DNA of 63,572 nt, counting the filler, from Licmophora abbreviata (lineage: Eukaryota), in the NCBI GenBank assembly GCA_900291995.1. It is 13 parts of 13 records of this genome, joined end to end, with 100 filler letters (N's around TTAATTAATTAA, not from the genome) between each part and the next. Parts side by side here need not be neighbours in the genome. Positions count along the whole stretch, not along the records: positions 37,170 to 41,718 come from OLMU01000926.1; positions 41,819 to 43,891 come from OLMU01000927.1; positions 43,992 to 46,133 come from OLMU01000928.1; positions 46,234 to 54,502 come from OLMU01000929.1; 9 more parts are not named here. One strand, 5' to 3'. Made by a program: the position numbers and the translations under genes. A model generated the notes under the pieces. It saw only the letters and a program-made list of their open reading frames with translations, ran no database searches and was not told where the DNA came from. Shown here in pieces: positions 37,293 to 49,560 of this stretch (position 1 is its first letter; every line of letters starts with the position of its first letter).

Positions 37293-38146
37293 ATGTTTAC
37301 TGCCGCTGCTCGTCGTGCTGTGCGCCCATCAGCGGCTGCACGGCTTGTTTCATACAATATGAATGGTAAGAGCGAGAAGGATATTCAAAGGGAATACGAA
37401 ATGATGCTGCGAGGGCCGATTCTGATGGGGAAGAGCATGTTCAAGTCTGCCGTCGTCATCCAGCTGCTACGAGCTTCTGGCGTAGGAATTATACGGGGTA
37501 CTACAAGAGCTGCTCATATCTTGATATGTCTCATATCACTGCACGCAAATGGTTCTTGCAGTGAGGCAAGAGGCCTCATGGGATCATAGATCTGCCACGG
37601 TCCTGTGGGTCTTGACAACTGTGGTCTGCAATGGGAGATGGCATCGGGACAACCAGGGAAACGACGAATTACGCGTTGCTCTGTACGAAATCCACTATCC
37701 CCCCCTCTGCTTCTCTGCGTCGGCGTCCATATACTCTTTCGTATCTGCTCCAACTCACGCCCCCTTTTCTTTCTCTCCTTCCAGCTGCTCGGTCTCTTGC
37801 ATCCATGAGCGAGGGAGCCAATGTCGTGGTTCCGCTCGTGACGGATTCCTTGGAGTGGACCTTGTCTTCCCCTCCGCCGCTCCATCAGTTTGAGGAGCCG
37901 CCTCTCATTGTGGAAACGGAACATCTTGCGGTCAAACCAGGTGCCGAAGTCGAAGATGTCTTGTCAGAGCAAGGAGAGAAAATTACGGATATTATTGGAA
38001 AGGAGGCATGGGTCGACAATGATCCAGCACTCTACGAAGGATTGATTGCCCAGAATGCCGAATGGACCGAGTTTGTCGACGAAAAGACTGGTGAATGGGT
38101 TTACATGGATGAATATGGAAATCGAATTGAAAAGCCTGCGGCTTAA
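37293..38146 (+). CDS. nucleus-encoded cytochrome c oxidase subunit 1 C-terminal fragment (Cox1-c) with mitochondrial presequence
   Basis: Exon 1 (37293-37365) MFTAAARRAVRPSAAARL is Arg/Ala-rich with no acidic residues; intron 37366-37784 (GT-AG, frame-consistent); exon 2 contains SLEWTLSSPPPLHQFEEPP, matching the Cox1 C-terminal LEW...SPP..H.F motif. Confidence 0.85.
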
Positions 38147-38776
38147 GAGTAGGATCGACTCCAGGAGAAGTGCGACGTAGTAGCAGTAGTGCCGATGGTG
38201 GAGGAGGTTGTAGTAGAATTTGTTGAAGACACTTACATTGCCGCGACATGAACGAGTGCTCTGTGCAAGGGGGAATTGTAAGGAGCTATGTAGGTAGACG
38301 TTGTTTTCTATTATGTATTGTAGAGCAAAGGCTCAATGTGATTTGGACAGTTCTCGACGAATGAACAATAAGTAAGCAGGGGTCAATTGATAACGGAAGG
38401 TTTGTGTAGACAGATGCTCGACAAACTATATCCTATCGTGGACGAACATTCCCTCACTTTAGAATGCCCAGGACGACTGGCTGAGTTACATATAATGGAG
38501 GCTTCATGGTGCTTCATCGCTGTGGCTCGTCGCCACCGAACGACGAACGAAAGCTTAAATTTCCTTGTCTAGAGAGCGGGTTAGAAGCAAGTTCCGCCAT
38601 CAATCGATGCCAGACGCGCAACAGCGACGCGCGAAAACAAAAAGTATCCATCTCATTTCACAAATTTGACCATGACACGCACCGACGCGGTCAGAACATG
38701 ACAAGTGTGACGACGTTTCGATTTCTCTGCGTTGTCTTTTGCGTCTCATAAGGTCTCCTATTGCTAATCAGGTACA

Positions 38777-40540
38777 ATGGACGAGCTGACAGACGCGATT
38801 GGACAGCTGTCGACGAGCGCCAAAGAGTGGAAGCCGTCGTCGCAGCGAAGCACCCCAGCGCCGCAGTCGCCGGTTCCAAATAGCATGGGCAGTCCGCAAC
38901 GAGGACTGTCGACAATGCACATAGCTCGGAGCGCTGGAAAAGCTGGCGTCAAAGAGTTTGCGCCTGGAACAGGGTGGCAGAGTGGTGGTGGCGGCATGGA
39001 CGCGCAGGCAGGCCGATGGGAACCGTCGTCATCATCGTCTACAGGACATCATCCACCAGAGTCGACTCGCCTACCAAGCGTATCAACTGTACCAGCAGGT
39101 CCATCAGTACCCCCGCCGATCCGGTCGCTTCACTCGATGGGTGTATCAGATGAACTTTGGCGGTACCATCGAGACATGGCTTTGGAATCGCTACAAGAGA
39201 TGGACCCCAGCTGATCCTCGACACAAGGCTGTCCCACCCCCCTTTTCGAATGCCTACCAGTTGGACGAAACGAGCCTACGCAACAGCCGCTCGTCGTTTG
39301 GGTATCCAACATTGGTATTCAAAGTAGTCAATCGCGAAGATGGACGGTTGTATTGCTTACGACGTGTCGATAGTGTACGGAGTGTTTCCCACAAGATCGC
39401 AGCTTCTGTGACGGATCGATGGGTTGCAGCCATAGCGTCCGACACGCACATGCCACTCCTGGACCATCCTGGACTGGTGAGATTCTACCGTGTCTTTTTG
39501 TTCAATCGCGCTGTATTTTTTCTCCACGAGTACATCCCAGGTGCCCGAACTCTACGCGAACGATTCTTTCAGAACAACACAGGAGGAGCGGCGTTACCAG
39601 AACCCATGATATGGTCTTGTGTGACACAACTGGTGGCTGCCATTAGAGCCGTTCATGGAGCAAGCCTAGCGTGTCGAACCTTGCAGGCGAATCACATCTT
39701 GTGCGAAATGTCTGCGGGAGGCAGGTGGGGCGAAAGTTCATTTCACATGCGATTCCATGTCAACTGTCTAGCCATGGTGGACGCGCTCGAGTTTGAGTCG
39801 CGCAAGGCCATACGAGATTTGCAGCATGAAGACATGCAAGACCTGGGTCGGCTTATTCTTTCCATGGCAACAGGAGCGGAGATTTCGCGATCCAGCGACG
39901 ACGGGACTCTGCGTCGATGCGATGCCTTCATGCGACAAAATTGCAGTCCAGCACTGTACAATCTCGCCTTGTCGTTGGTGTCTCCGAATGTCAAGACTCC
40001 AGTCATCATCGATGTCAGTCGCGCGATTGCCGACCACGCATTTGATGAGCTCACTGTGACTCAAATGCATTGTGTGAAATACGAGAGTGCGCTTGCGTCC
40101 GAATATGAATCCGGACGGGGGTTGCGTTTGTTGCTCAAGCTTGGTTTTATCAATGAACGTCCTGAATTGGGAGTGGATCGTCGATGGACAGAGTCAGGAG
40201 ATTGTTACATTCTGAAGCTGTTTCGCGACTATGGTAAATACTTCACAACTTTTCAATGGCGTTCCGAGGACCCAACAGATGATGACACTAACGATTGCCT
40301 TTGTTGCTGGTTGCAGTCTTTCATCAAGCCGACGGCGCAGGTAATCCTGTCATGGACTTGGGACATGTCGTCACATCGCTCAACAAGCTTGACGCCTTGG
40401 ACGAAGAGAAGATTGTTCTTTCATCAAGAGACGGCAAGACACTCATGATCGTGACGTTTGCTGATGTCGCTCGCTGCCTGGACAATGCGTACGGCGAGCT
40501 GTGCTCGAAAGCGGTGCCTCCCAGTGCCCTGCAGTACTAG
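38777..40540 (+). CDS. PAN3: PAN2-PAN3 deadenylase subunit PAN3 (frameshift near 39205)
   Basis: PAM2-like LSTSAKEWKP; pseudokinase DGRLYCLRR, IRAVH..SLACR; ESGRGLRLLLKLGFINERPE, WTESGDCYILKLFRDY|VFHQ, LNKLDA, LSSRDG; intron 40234-40316. Confidence 0.94.
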
Positions 40541-40887
40541 TAAATGTGGGTGAGCCACAGGTGACTTCGGAGCCATCGGTTTAGACCGCTTTGTGTTACG
40601 TACCGATACAGAACACCGTCACTTGAATTAGGACGTTACAGCTCTGGACAATTGAGCGTGTTTGCTTCATAGGTTAGTTGTGCTAGGCGATTGCTTATTC
40701 CGTCGAGTAATAGCGAACGGAACGAGCTTCGAAAAATGACACGTCATAAAAAAGACGCGTTGTGTTTTTTGCGCGCGCCGCCCATTTCGATGTCGCAAAA
40801 AGGATGAAAGATGGCACTACATCACTGCGGCTTGCCTCATGATTGCAGCTCCCCTGACGATCATTTCCTGGACTCGCATCACACCTG

Positions 40888-41505
40888 ATGACAACAATGA
40901 CGAGTGCTGCGCAGGAAAGTGTAGCAGAGCCCCTTCCACCCCCGTCGTATTTACATCCTCTGCATCTGCTTGACCAATTCTTGGCGGCAGAACTTGCTGC
41001 CGCCGACAATGACAACCACGATAGGGAACAAGCGGCACAGAAGGACAACGACGGCGAAAGGAAGGCCACCATAAACTGTATATCACTACGGGAAGAGGAC
41101 AAAAATGTCCATCAAGACAGAATTCTTCGCGTCGCAGACTACTTGTACGGAGGTTCTATTCTGGAAGCCGCACTCGCCTTGCTGGACACGGTCGGCGCCA
41201 TTCGCCATGTTCGAGCCGAACCTTCGAATCGATCCATGTATCTTGTGCGAGGCGCATCGTACAGAGGGAAAACCTCTGCTGCTGGTGGTGTGGAATATTA
41301 TGTATGTCTAGTAGACCATGGCATGCTGTACTGCTCTTGTCGATCCTACTTTGAACGAGCCAAAACCGACACGAAAGCTGTCTGTAAGCACTTGCTGGCG
41401 CTCAAGCTTTTGCCTCACCTTGAGTGTCACTGTTGTCAAGAGGAAAAAGTCCCAGACTCGGAGTATGCCAAGTTTTTGATAGGGCGAATTCTGCCTGGTG
41501 AGTAG
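40888..41505 (+). CDS. SWIM zinc-finger protein, ZSWIM7/Sws1-like
   Basis: LEAALALLD...PSNRSMYLVRG...YCSC..Y...VCKHLLA (CxC-x(n)-CxH). Confidence 0.8.
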   Translation: MTTMTSAAQESVAEPLPPPSYLHPLHLLDQFLAAELAAADNDNHDREQAAQKDNDGERKATINCISLREEDKNVHQDRILRVADYLYGGSILEAALALLDTVGAIRHVRAEPSNRSMYLVRGASYRGKTSAAGGVEYYVCLVDHGMLYCSCRSYFERAKTDTKAVCKHLLALKLLPHLECHCCQEEKVPDSEYAKFLIGRILPGE

Positions 41506-41718
41506 GAGGTAGACTACAGGTCTTCGGCACTGCGCCCCCCGGTGGAGGACAATACTTCTAGTTAGGAGCGATCCATTCCATTCTCTTCCAGAATATCAAC
41601 GTCGTGGCGCCACATAGCACAGAAGATACCACATCGACCAAGCTTGCATGAAGGTAGTGGTAGCGTAATGCGTCCCATGCTATCATTTATACGTAGACAA
41701 GCCCACATCGTCTCTCCC

Positions 41719-41818
41719 NNNNNNNNNNNNNNNNNNNNNNNNNNNNNNNNNNNNNNNNNNNNTTAATTAATTAANNNNNNNNNNNNNNNNNNNNNNNNNN
41801 NNNNNNNNNNNNNNNNNN
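41719..41818. other. assembly spacer
   Basis: 44N-TTAATTAATTAA-44N. Confidence 0.98.
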
Positions 41819-42028
41819 TATACGAGCTCTCTCGTGAGCTCCCAAAGGTTTAGTAAATCGGTAACACTGAATCCGTAGACTGCAGTACAGTTTCTACGAA
41901 GTAAATTGTGCGGTTGCGAGAGCCTCCTTTCGAACAGCATCACCGCGATTGTTCACCCGTCGCAACCCACCATCATCGGCGCTGTTGCTGTTGTTGCTAT
42001 CGACGTTCTTGCCAACCAGAACAAGGCC

Positions 42029-42757
<729 letters not shown>

Positions 42758-42909
42758 ATCAAACTAGAGAGAACCATGCTGCTTTACTATGGAACGGCTT
42801 ATCTAGAGGAGTCACCAGAATTCCATCTGAAGGATAGACTTGGCTCATTCAATGGCCTCTTTTGTGCTCTAAGCCAAATTTCCATCGGCTCTCGTTCACG
42901 ATAACTTTT

Positions 42910-43680
42910 CTATCTTAGAGTAGGATGGCGATCAAACGGAAAGGTATCCTTAAAGCATCGTTCAAAAGCGGCATCAATATACTCTTCCGCCTTATCCCGA
43001 CAGTTTGGATTCGCCTTTAGGGAGAGTGCCGCCCGTCGCTTCACACACGCTTGTCCATGCAAACTAAAGTTCGTGAGTTTGACCTGACCGTTGGCAAGCT
43101 CTCTCATCATACTGCACTCGCCACTGAGATTTTCTGCCCGAATCTCGGTACACGCAAGATGAATACAGTTTCGAAAGGGATCCATTTTGGTGCGACACAT
43201 ATCAATGGCATGAATCAGCTCGTGCACGAGCGATTCATGAGCATGCTGCTCATCTCTTAGATGCTCCTGACACAAATATATCTCAGGAGCAAGTTTCAAG
43301 GCAGAGGTTCCCTCCTTTTGAGCGCGGAGCTGTCTTTTCAGGTCGTCGGCACTCTGTCGACATTGCGGTAGGGACACTCGACGCTGTGCGTCTTCTCCGT
43401 TCGCATCTCTGATGTCGCTGTTATTGTTGCTTGTGCCTGCAAGTATGGTTTCCTGTACAAGTCCAAATCCACCTCCGGCCATCTTTTCACCACAATCCAT
43501 ACACCGAATAAAGGATGGAGGCGGTTCACAGCCCATGTCTACCAATTTGTTGATGAGGAACTGGACAGTCCTGTTGCGATTCAGACCCGACGCGACAAAC
43601 TTGTCACAGCGATCCTTGAACGGCCGCGATGCATCAGCTTTATTAGAGTCATCGTTCGGTGTCGATGGAGGAGTAGACAT
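42910..43680 (-). CDS. ATP23: mitochondrial inner membrane protease ATP23
   Basis: I.LC.....LVHELIHAID.CR, HLACTEIRAENLSGEC, CVKRRAALS, CFKDTFPF; likely ATG at 43680. Confidence 0.95.
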   Translation of the reverse strand: MSTPPSTPNDDSNKADASRPFKDRCDKFVASGLNRNRTVQFLINKLVDMGCEPPPSFIRCMDCGEKMAGGGFGLVQETILAGTSNNNSDIRDANGEDAQRRVSLPQCRQSADDLKRQLRAQKEGTSALKLAPEIYLCQEHLRDEQHAHESLVHELIHAIDMCRTKMDPFRNCIHLACTEIRAENLSGECSMMRELANGQVKLTNFSLHGQACVKRRAALSLKANPNCRDKAEEYIDAAFERCFKDTFPFDRHPTLR

Positions 43681-43891
43681 GAAGCTTTGTGAATTCAGGA
43701 AAAGAGCAATACGGGAGTTATAAGCATAGACACATAGACGACTGCAAGAAACGGCGTCCGGCACCACATCCCGACGAAATGCTTGAGAGTTGAGAGAGGT
43801 GCGCGGCGGCGCTTACTCAGACGCGGTCCGACGCTGTGACTCGGTGGTTGTCTCGCGCGAGAACGAGTGATGCCTGCAAATAAGTTACAGT

Positions 43892-43991
43892 NNNNNNNNN
43901 NNNNNNNNNNNNNNNNNNNNNNNNNNNNNNNNNNNTTAATTAATTAANNNNNNNNNNNNNNNNNNNNNNNNNNNNNNNNNNNNNNNNNNNN
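43892..43991. other. assembly spacer with duplicated flank
   Basis: 44N-TTAATTAATTAA-44N; 43642-43789 is repeated at 43992-44139. Confidence 0.98.
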
Positions 43992-44428
43992 ATTAGAGTC
44001 ATCGTTCGGTGTCGATGGAGGAGAAGACATGAAGCTTTGTGAATTCAGGAAAAGAGCAATACGGGAGTTATAAGCATAGACACATAGACGACTGTAAGAA
44101 ACGGCGTCCGGCACCACATCCCGACGAAATGCTTGAGAGGTCAGAGTGGCGAGTCGAGTGAGTCGTGTTTATTGCAATGATGAGACGCCGCGTGAGGCGA
44201 TTCCATTTGAATCATTCGACTCGATCCATCACATCGGCGTGTACCCAGCCAGGTAGGACGACGAGATCGAGCCGATGAGATGAGCCGTCCTGCGATCTTC
44301 AATCTGTGCTGATTGTAGATCTGATGTGAAGGATTGTGTTGTGTGCTGCACTGTGATCTGTGATGTCCTTGTCCTTGAAATCGATGCCACCGCGCAGCTC
44401 ATAGCGCCTAATGTGGTCGAGTGGAAGG

Positions 44429-46092
44429 ATGATGAAGACGATAAGAAGCAATTTACGTATTAGAAGTGCCGTCAACGCTCTGGTCGGCGTCGCACTCGTT
44501 GCGTCCATCCTCGCGACAACGCGGACCAGCACGAGTGCTGCCCTGACGGCACCGGCGGTTTCTCCTCATCGCCATTCATCAGGGAACAGCAACGTCATTG
44601 CGTATGACAACACGCCCGACGAGAAGAAGCCGGCGACTGGCCCAGAGCTTTCGGAAAATCCAGTCTCTCGAGAGGCCTCACGAGTGTTTCCTTGGCAGTC
44701 GCACTGATACTCGGAAATCCTGTACGGCTACCTCCTCCCGACTATTGTGCTTCTACTACAGCGACAGCTACTGCTGCTATGGTCGCTTCATCGACGACGT
44801 CCACTTCTACGGGTCGTGATTCCTCCATCACCGCCACGGCACACGCCGACGTGATGGGACCGCTTCCATCGCCATCAGAGCTTCTCTTCAACAACGACGC
44901 CAACGAGCTCTTGCGATTGAACTTGCCAACGTCGCTACCGACATCGACTGACCCGACCACACTAGGAGACACAGGACGGGAAGGTGATTCTATCTGCAGT
45001 GCACTATAGGGTCTCGTCACATCGACTACATGCCCCCCTCACATTCCAATCTGTTTTCTCCCATCAGTCCAACAAGCCGTCGAGGTGGCTCGATTGCGTT
45101 TGGAGCACGTTGGCTACTCTCGGACATCATCTGCGTGGAAGTCTGCCTTGACCGAAATCAACAAGGCCAAGTCGTTGCTTGCCACGCCCGCTATGCTCGA
45201 TACCGTACCGCAAGAAGATCAGCTCCAAGCATTCGAGCTGGTCAATCGAGTGCAAGGCAAACTCACTTTGCTCGGGAATCACGCCATGGTGACGATGAAG
45301 CGACACTCTGCTCTTAAAGAAACGCAAGCATTGCTAGAAGAGTGTTCGAAACTGGTCTATGATATTCGGCTACTGTCCATGCCCAAGAATCAGGAGCTTC
45401 CCTTCGTCGTACCCGAAGCCTTTTCCAAAATGCCACAATTGCGAGGGAGAGCTATCGTCGAGTGTGTTATATCCAAACGGAACGGAGGCATGTTTCGATT
45501 ATCGGATGGAACTCAGTCCAAGGAAGTTGTGCTCTCCCTGACGATTGACGGATACCATGCTCCCATTTCAGCGGGGAACTTTGTCGACTTGGTACAGCGG
45601 AGATTCTACGACGACATGCCGATACAGCGCGTTGATGAAGTCATCATACAAACGGGCAAACCAGATGGAGGACTCGTGGATGGCTTTGTGGATCCCAATA
45701 CCAAACAAAAGCGCGTTATACCGCTAGAGCGGTTCTATAAGAGCGACAAGGAACCCACTTATGGATACGCGAGCGACGACGATGCACGCGTGGACGACGG
45801 TCAAGCGAATCCGTTGGAGGTGCACGGGGCGATTGGAATGGTGCATGATCCAACGGATCCCAACACGGCGTCATCCCAATTTTGGTTTCTCAAGTGGGAT
45901 AGTAGTAATGATAAGGCCCTCGTGGAGTCGTCGCTGCTGGACGGTAGTCATTCTTGCTTTGGATACGTCACTGCGAACCAGCATGTCCTGACTCAACTCC
46001 AAGAGGGAGACATGATTACACGAATGCGAGTCGAACAGGGACTCGAGAATTTCGTCGTCGACCAAGCTAGCAGCAGAATAATAGAGGATTGA
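44429..46092 (+). CDS. thylakoid lumen cyclophilin-type PPIase, CYP38/TLP40-like (frameshift near 44687)
   Basis: Signal peptide, transit peptide and lumenal AHA-D cleavage; intron 44984-45067; MPQLRGRA, IDGYHAPISAGNFVDLV.R.FYD, ASSQF.F, LLDG..SCFGYV. Confidence 0.88.
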
Positions 46093-46133
46093 AGTCACAA
46101 TTTTATGAAACTAGCTAGACTACTAGGGGTCTA

Positions 46134-46233
46134 NNNNNNNNNNNNNNNNNNNNNNNNNNNNNNNNNNNNNNNNNNNNTTAATTAATTAANNNNNNNNNNN
46201 NNNNNNNNNNNNNNNNNNNNNNNNNNNNNNNNN
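46134..46233. other. assembly spacer
   Basis: 44N-TTAATTAATTAA-44N. Confidence 0.98.
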
Positions 46234-47423
46234 CTCGCAGTAGGAGAAGATACAGCATCAGATACGCCAGATACTGATTCCCAGGAATTAATTGTCTGAG
46301 AGCTCTCATCTCTCATGCTCCTGTGTGAGCTCCTTGGCGATGGAATGAGGTGCAGCTGCTCCATTATATTGTCACGAACTTCCATTACATTATCACGGAC
46401 CGAATCCAAGCTTGTTGTCATCCGTTGTCTTAGTACGTCCAAGACACGCCCTAACTCGTTTGCGTAGTCACCTCCCCGGTCCTTGGCCTGTTTGCGTAGC
46501 TCGACATCGTCGCCGTATAGCAGGAACGGGAAGAGCGCACTCTTGATGTCATTCGGACCCGTCAGAACGACAGCAATGTCGTACGGTCCAATCATTTCCG
46601 GGTCGAACCTCCTTCGATGGCGGCGCAGACGCGCTCTCCACTCCTGCCACTCCACCGGCTCCGTTGCCCCTTCGTCCTCTTCTGGTGCGTCCGACTCCTC
46701 TCCCGACGAATTCGATTCCGTTTCGGAAAGCTCCAAGTTGGGTTCGTCACCACCCAGCGGCTCCCGGGACTCTATTCCCCGTTCCAGTTCTCGAACAATC
46801 CAGGCAGCACTGGCTCCTGGTTCACCGTGACTCGTCCAGTAGACAGCGCGCCCGCCCATGGACTTGCTCAATGTCCTCGCGATTATTTCGGGCAAGAGCG
46901 GAGTACACGATCGCTCGGTCCCCACACCAATGGCAAGAGAGTCTCCAATTACCAACAAGCGAAGAGGTGGTTGCTTCAAGGCTCGTTGCAACAGTCTCCG
47001 CTCGTCCGTCGACAAGGACTTGGGATTCGTACGCCATCTCCGTCCACCCAAACAGGAACATCCCGTCACCACTGGATTGTCGTCGTCTGTCGCAGTATTC
47101 GATAGAGTCGTCGAACACTCGAGCGCATCCTTGGGACTCACGACGACAACTCCATGCGCAGGAGACTGCGGAAGGGGCGCATCGCCAAATCGAATGCGGT
47201 ATGTCATGATGGCGACTGTTCCCTGCAAAATGGCAAAGGCGGGAGGTCCGACAAAGGCACCGGAGGAAATGAGAAGAGAACTCGTCTTGATCCAGGCCAC
47301 CCACGCAATCGGAACCATAAAGTAGAGCCACCCTCTGAACATGCTTCGAAGGGGATATTCATCGTCTAGGGCGGGAAGAAAGAAATTGGTGAACCCCACC
47401 CACAAGCTGCCAAAGTTTTTCAT
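46234..47423 (-). CDS. membrane-anchored SGNH/GDSL hydrolase-like protein, 3' partial
   Basis: N-terminal TM segments; block I LLVIGDSLAIG, block II G.PGAS, block III VLTGPND; the C-terminus runs into the gap. Confidence 0.75.
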
Positions 47424-47943
47424 GGTGTAAGAATGTGGCGATCCCACAGTGACTCGGACGACGACGATGCAGTCTCTGCAGCGATCAAGCGAACTCTCGT
47501 TACACAGTACTCAAATTAAGGACTTTCGCTGGAGTCGAGTCTTTCACAATCGACGACAGCGCTCACTCTAACTACTTGAGAAGTGTCTTGGCGGCTTTGT
47601 ATCGTTCAAATGATTGATTCGTCCACGACACAAACAGACGACCTCACACAATCATCGTTATCTCAGCGCAGTTCGCAAGACCAAATGACGACACCGCGAC
47701 GCGAGCTTTTTTCTCTTGCTTCTCGCCATCATGAACGAGAAAGCTCGCTTTGAATACCGCCTGTCCACGGGTGTTCGCACTCCCTAATCGTTTGTCCGTT
47801 GATACGAGATGGCATCTTGACTATTCTCGTCACGTCTGATTTCTGTCTCGAGCTGCAGATTTCTAGCCGCCGATACCGGTATCGGTACATTCACATGAAA
47901 CAACGTTACAACTGCTGAGATACTATACTCATTACGAGCTATA

Positions 47944-49236
47944 CTATCCTAGAAGATTCCACCTTTCAGGTTCCCGTCGAAAAGATGCTACGTTGTATCG
48001 CAGATCGTTGAGGCCCAACTTGTGGTGATTTCTGTCTGTACTTAGCCAACCGCCGGGGCCCCAAATGTCCCACAGTCGAAGTCCGCATGCCTGCAAGAGC
48101 GTAGAAATAGCATTCATGGGAGGGCTACTTCCCTCTCCGTAACGAGGATCCCAAGCGAAATGATGCCATTCCAGCGTCAGCTGCTGAATGTAGTCAGGAC
48201 ATCCGCCTTGAGAGTCGAGCAAGTTCTCCAGAAAGGCGAACTCAGAGCCTTCCACGTCAATCTTTAACACATCAATTTTCCGTCCTTCGTGGTTCAATTC
48301 CCGCATGATCGTCGGAAGCGTCTTGACGGCAAGTGGAACCCGTCCCTGTTGGACTGCTCCAGGTTTGTGGGCGCAGTCCCGCGATGTCGTATTCCACAGA
48401 TCGCCGCAGTCCACACGAGCCGAAGGGTACTTCATGATGCTGACCTGTCCCCAGTTATATTCGTAGAGTGAAATCGTTCCGTCAATTCCACCAGCTCCAT
48501 ACGGATGAAAGTGATAGTTGGGAAGCTTTCGTATCTCAGCCGAATCGGGGCCACCCCACCACCTGGTCGACACTGGCGACGGGTCAAAGGCATGCACCTC
48601 ACAGCCAAACGTTCGCGCCATGACGGCGCCAAACTGTGGTTGGGCACGAATGCCAAAGTCATAGACCAAACAAGGAGCAGGATCTTGTTGCTTTGGAAAG
48701 GGTGGTGTGGATCCGATTTGGGCGGCTGGCTTGGGTAGCTCGTCGAGACACACGACATGGTCAAAGTATCCTCGACACTTTCTCTCCATAGTATCGGAAG
48801 TTACGCTTTCCCATCCTTTCTGACAGCCAAACTCAATCAACTCTGACTTTTCCTTGCAGCTAGTTTTCTGCTTTGTCGATCCGATGAACGGGTCGCGTAC
48901 TCCAAAATTGGCGTACGCGTTGAACTTGAGCTCGAGATATCGGAGTCGTTCCTCGGGCGACATGACGGTACCATCGGAGCGCGTCGGGATTGGTACATTT
49001 CCGTCGTCATTTAAGTGCTTCAGTGAAATTTCTTTTGGAAGGGCCCAAGATTTCCCTAAGGATGATGAAAGTGCTGCTTGCGCTCCGGAGTGGTGCTCAT
49101 GTTCAATGCGAGCCGTCAAGTTCACGACGGACAAGACGGAGAGTATCACCAACATTGCCATGAACACTGACAAGATGGTTCGCACGGAAATCGATGGTGA
49201 CTTGGAACTCTCATTGCTGCTGATCAAAGGACTCAT
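47944..49236 (-). CDS. Methyltransf_22/FkbM-like (METTL24-like) type II membrane methyltransferase, paralog 1
   Basis: N-terminal TM; CLVYDFGI, GCEVHAFDPS, KTLPTIM, IDVLKIDVEGSEF, QLTLEWH. Confidence 0.85.
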   Translation of the reverse strand: MSPLISSNESSKSPSISVRTILSVFMAMLVILSVLSVVNLTARIEHEHHSGAQAALSSSLGKSWALPKEISLKHLNDDGNVPIPTRSDGTVMSPEERLRYLELKFNAYANFGVRDPFIGSTKQKTSCKEKSELIEFGCQKGWESVTSDTMERKCRGYFDHVVCLDELPKPAAQIGSTPPFPKQQDPAPCLVYDFGIRAQPQFGAVMARTFGCEVHAFDPSPVSTRWWGGPDSAEIRKLPNYHFHPYGAGGIDGTISLYEYNWGQVSIMKYPSARVDCGDLWNTTSRDCAHKPGAVQQGRVPLAVKTLPTIMRELNHEGRKIDVLKIDVEGSEFAFLENLLDSQGGCPDYIQQLTLEWHHFAWDPRYGEGSSPPMNAISTLLQACGLRLWDIWGPGGWLSTDRNHHKLGLNDLRYNVASFRREPERWNLLG

Positions 49237-49560
49237 GGTAAAACACAAAGACTACTTTGGCCAGTGGTGGCGACCGAAGCTATGAAACTAGCCGTTGCAT
49301 GATGCAATGTCGCAGTCACCGCGCATCATGGTCTAACACACTCGCCTTTTTTGCTCATCAGCTCAACCAGTCCGTGCGTCCCACCTTTCCGAACTTCGAA
49401 CGAGTCGATTGAGTCGAGTCAATCGATCTGAAATCTGTCCGGCTCTCCGGATTCTGAAAAGCGCGCGCCATCCGCACAACATCAAAATCCAAAATGAAAT
49501 CACAGATCAAATGTTAAACACTCATTGCAATCACACAGTCCACAAACGGCGACACGCGAC

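Noticed and set aside
37366..37784. snoRNA hosted in the relatively long Cox1-c intron (also checked the RPS27A intron 42057-42317)
   Set aside because: No convincing box C/D pair with suitable spacing, terminal stem or rRNA guide was seen by eye. An Infernal/snoscan search would be needed.
39200..39215. PAN3 split into two genes or pseudogenised
   Set aside because: Removing one C from the C4 run gives a continuous MDPADPRHK frame, with no other decay.
44411..45009. Two small independent ORFs upstream of the cyclophilin
   Set aside because: They form the signal, transit and lumenal targeting peptide of the CYP38-like gene, joined by a 1-nt fix and an intron.
47872..47888. GATACCGGTATC palindrome (similar TACCGGTA near 21805 and 21841)
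   Set aside because: Too short and too few to support a specific regulatory or mobile-element call.
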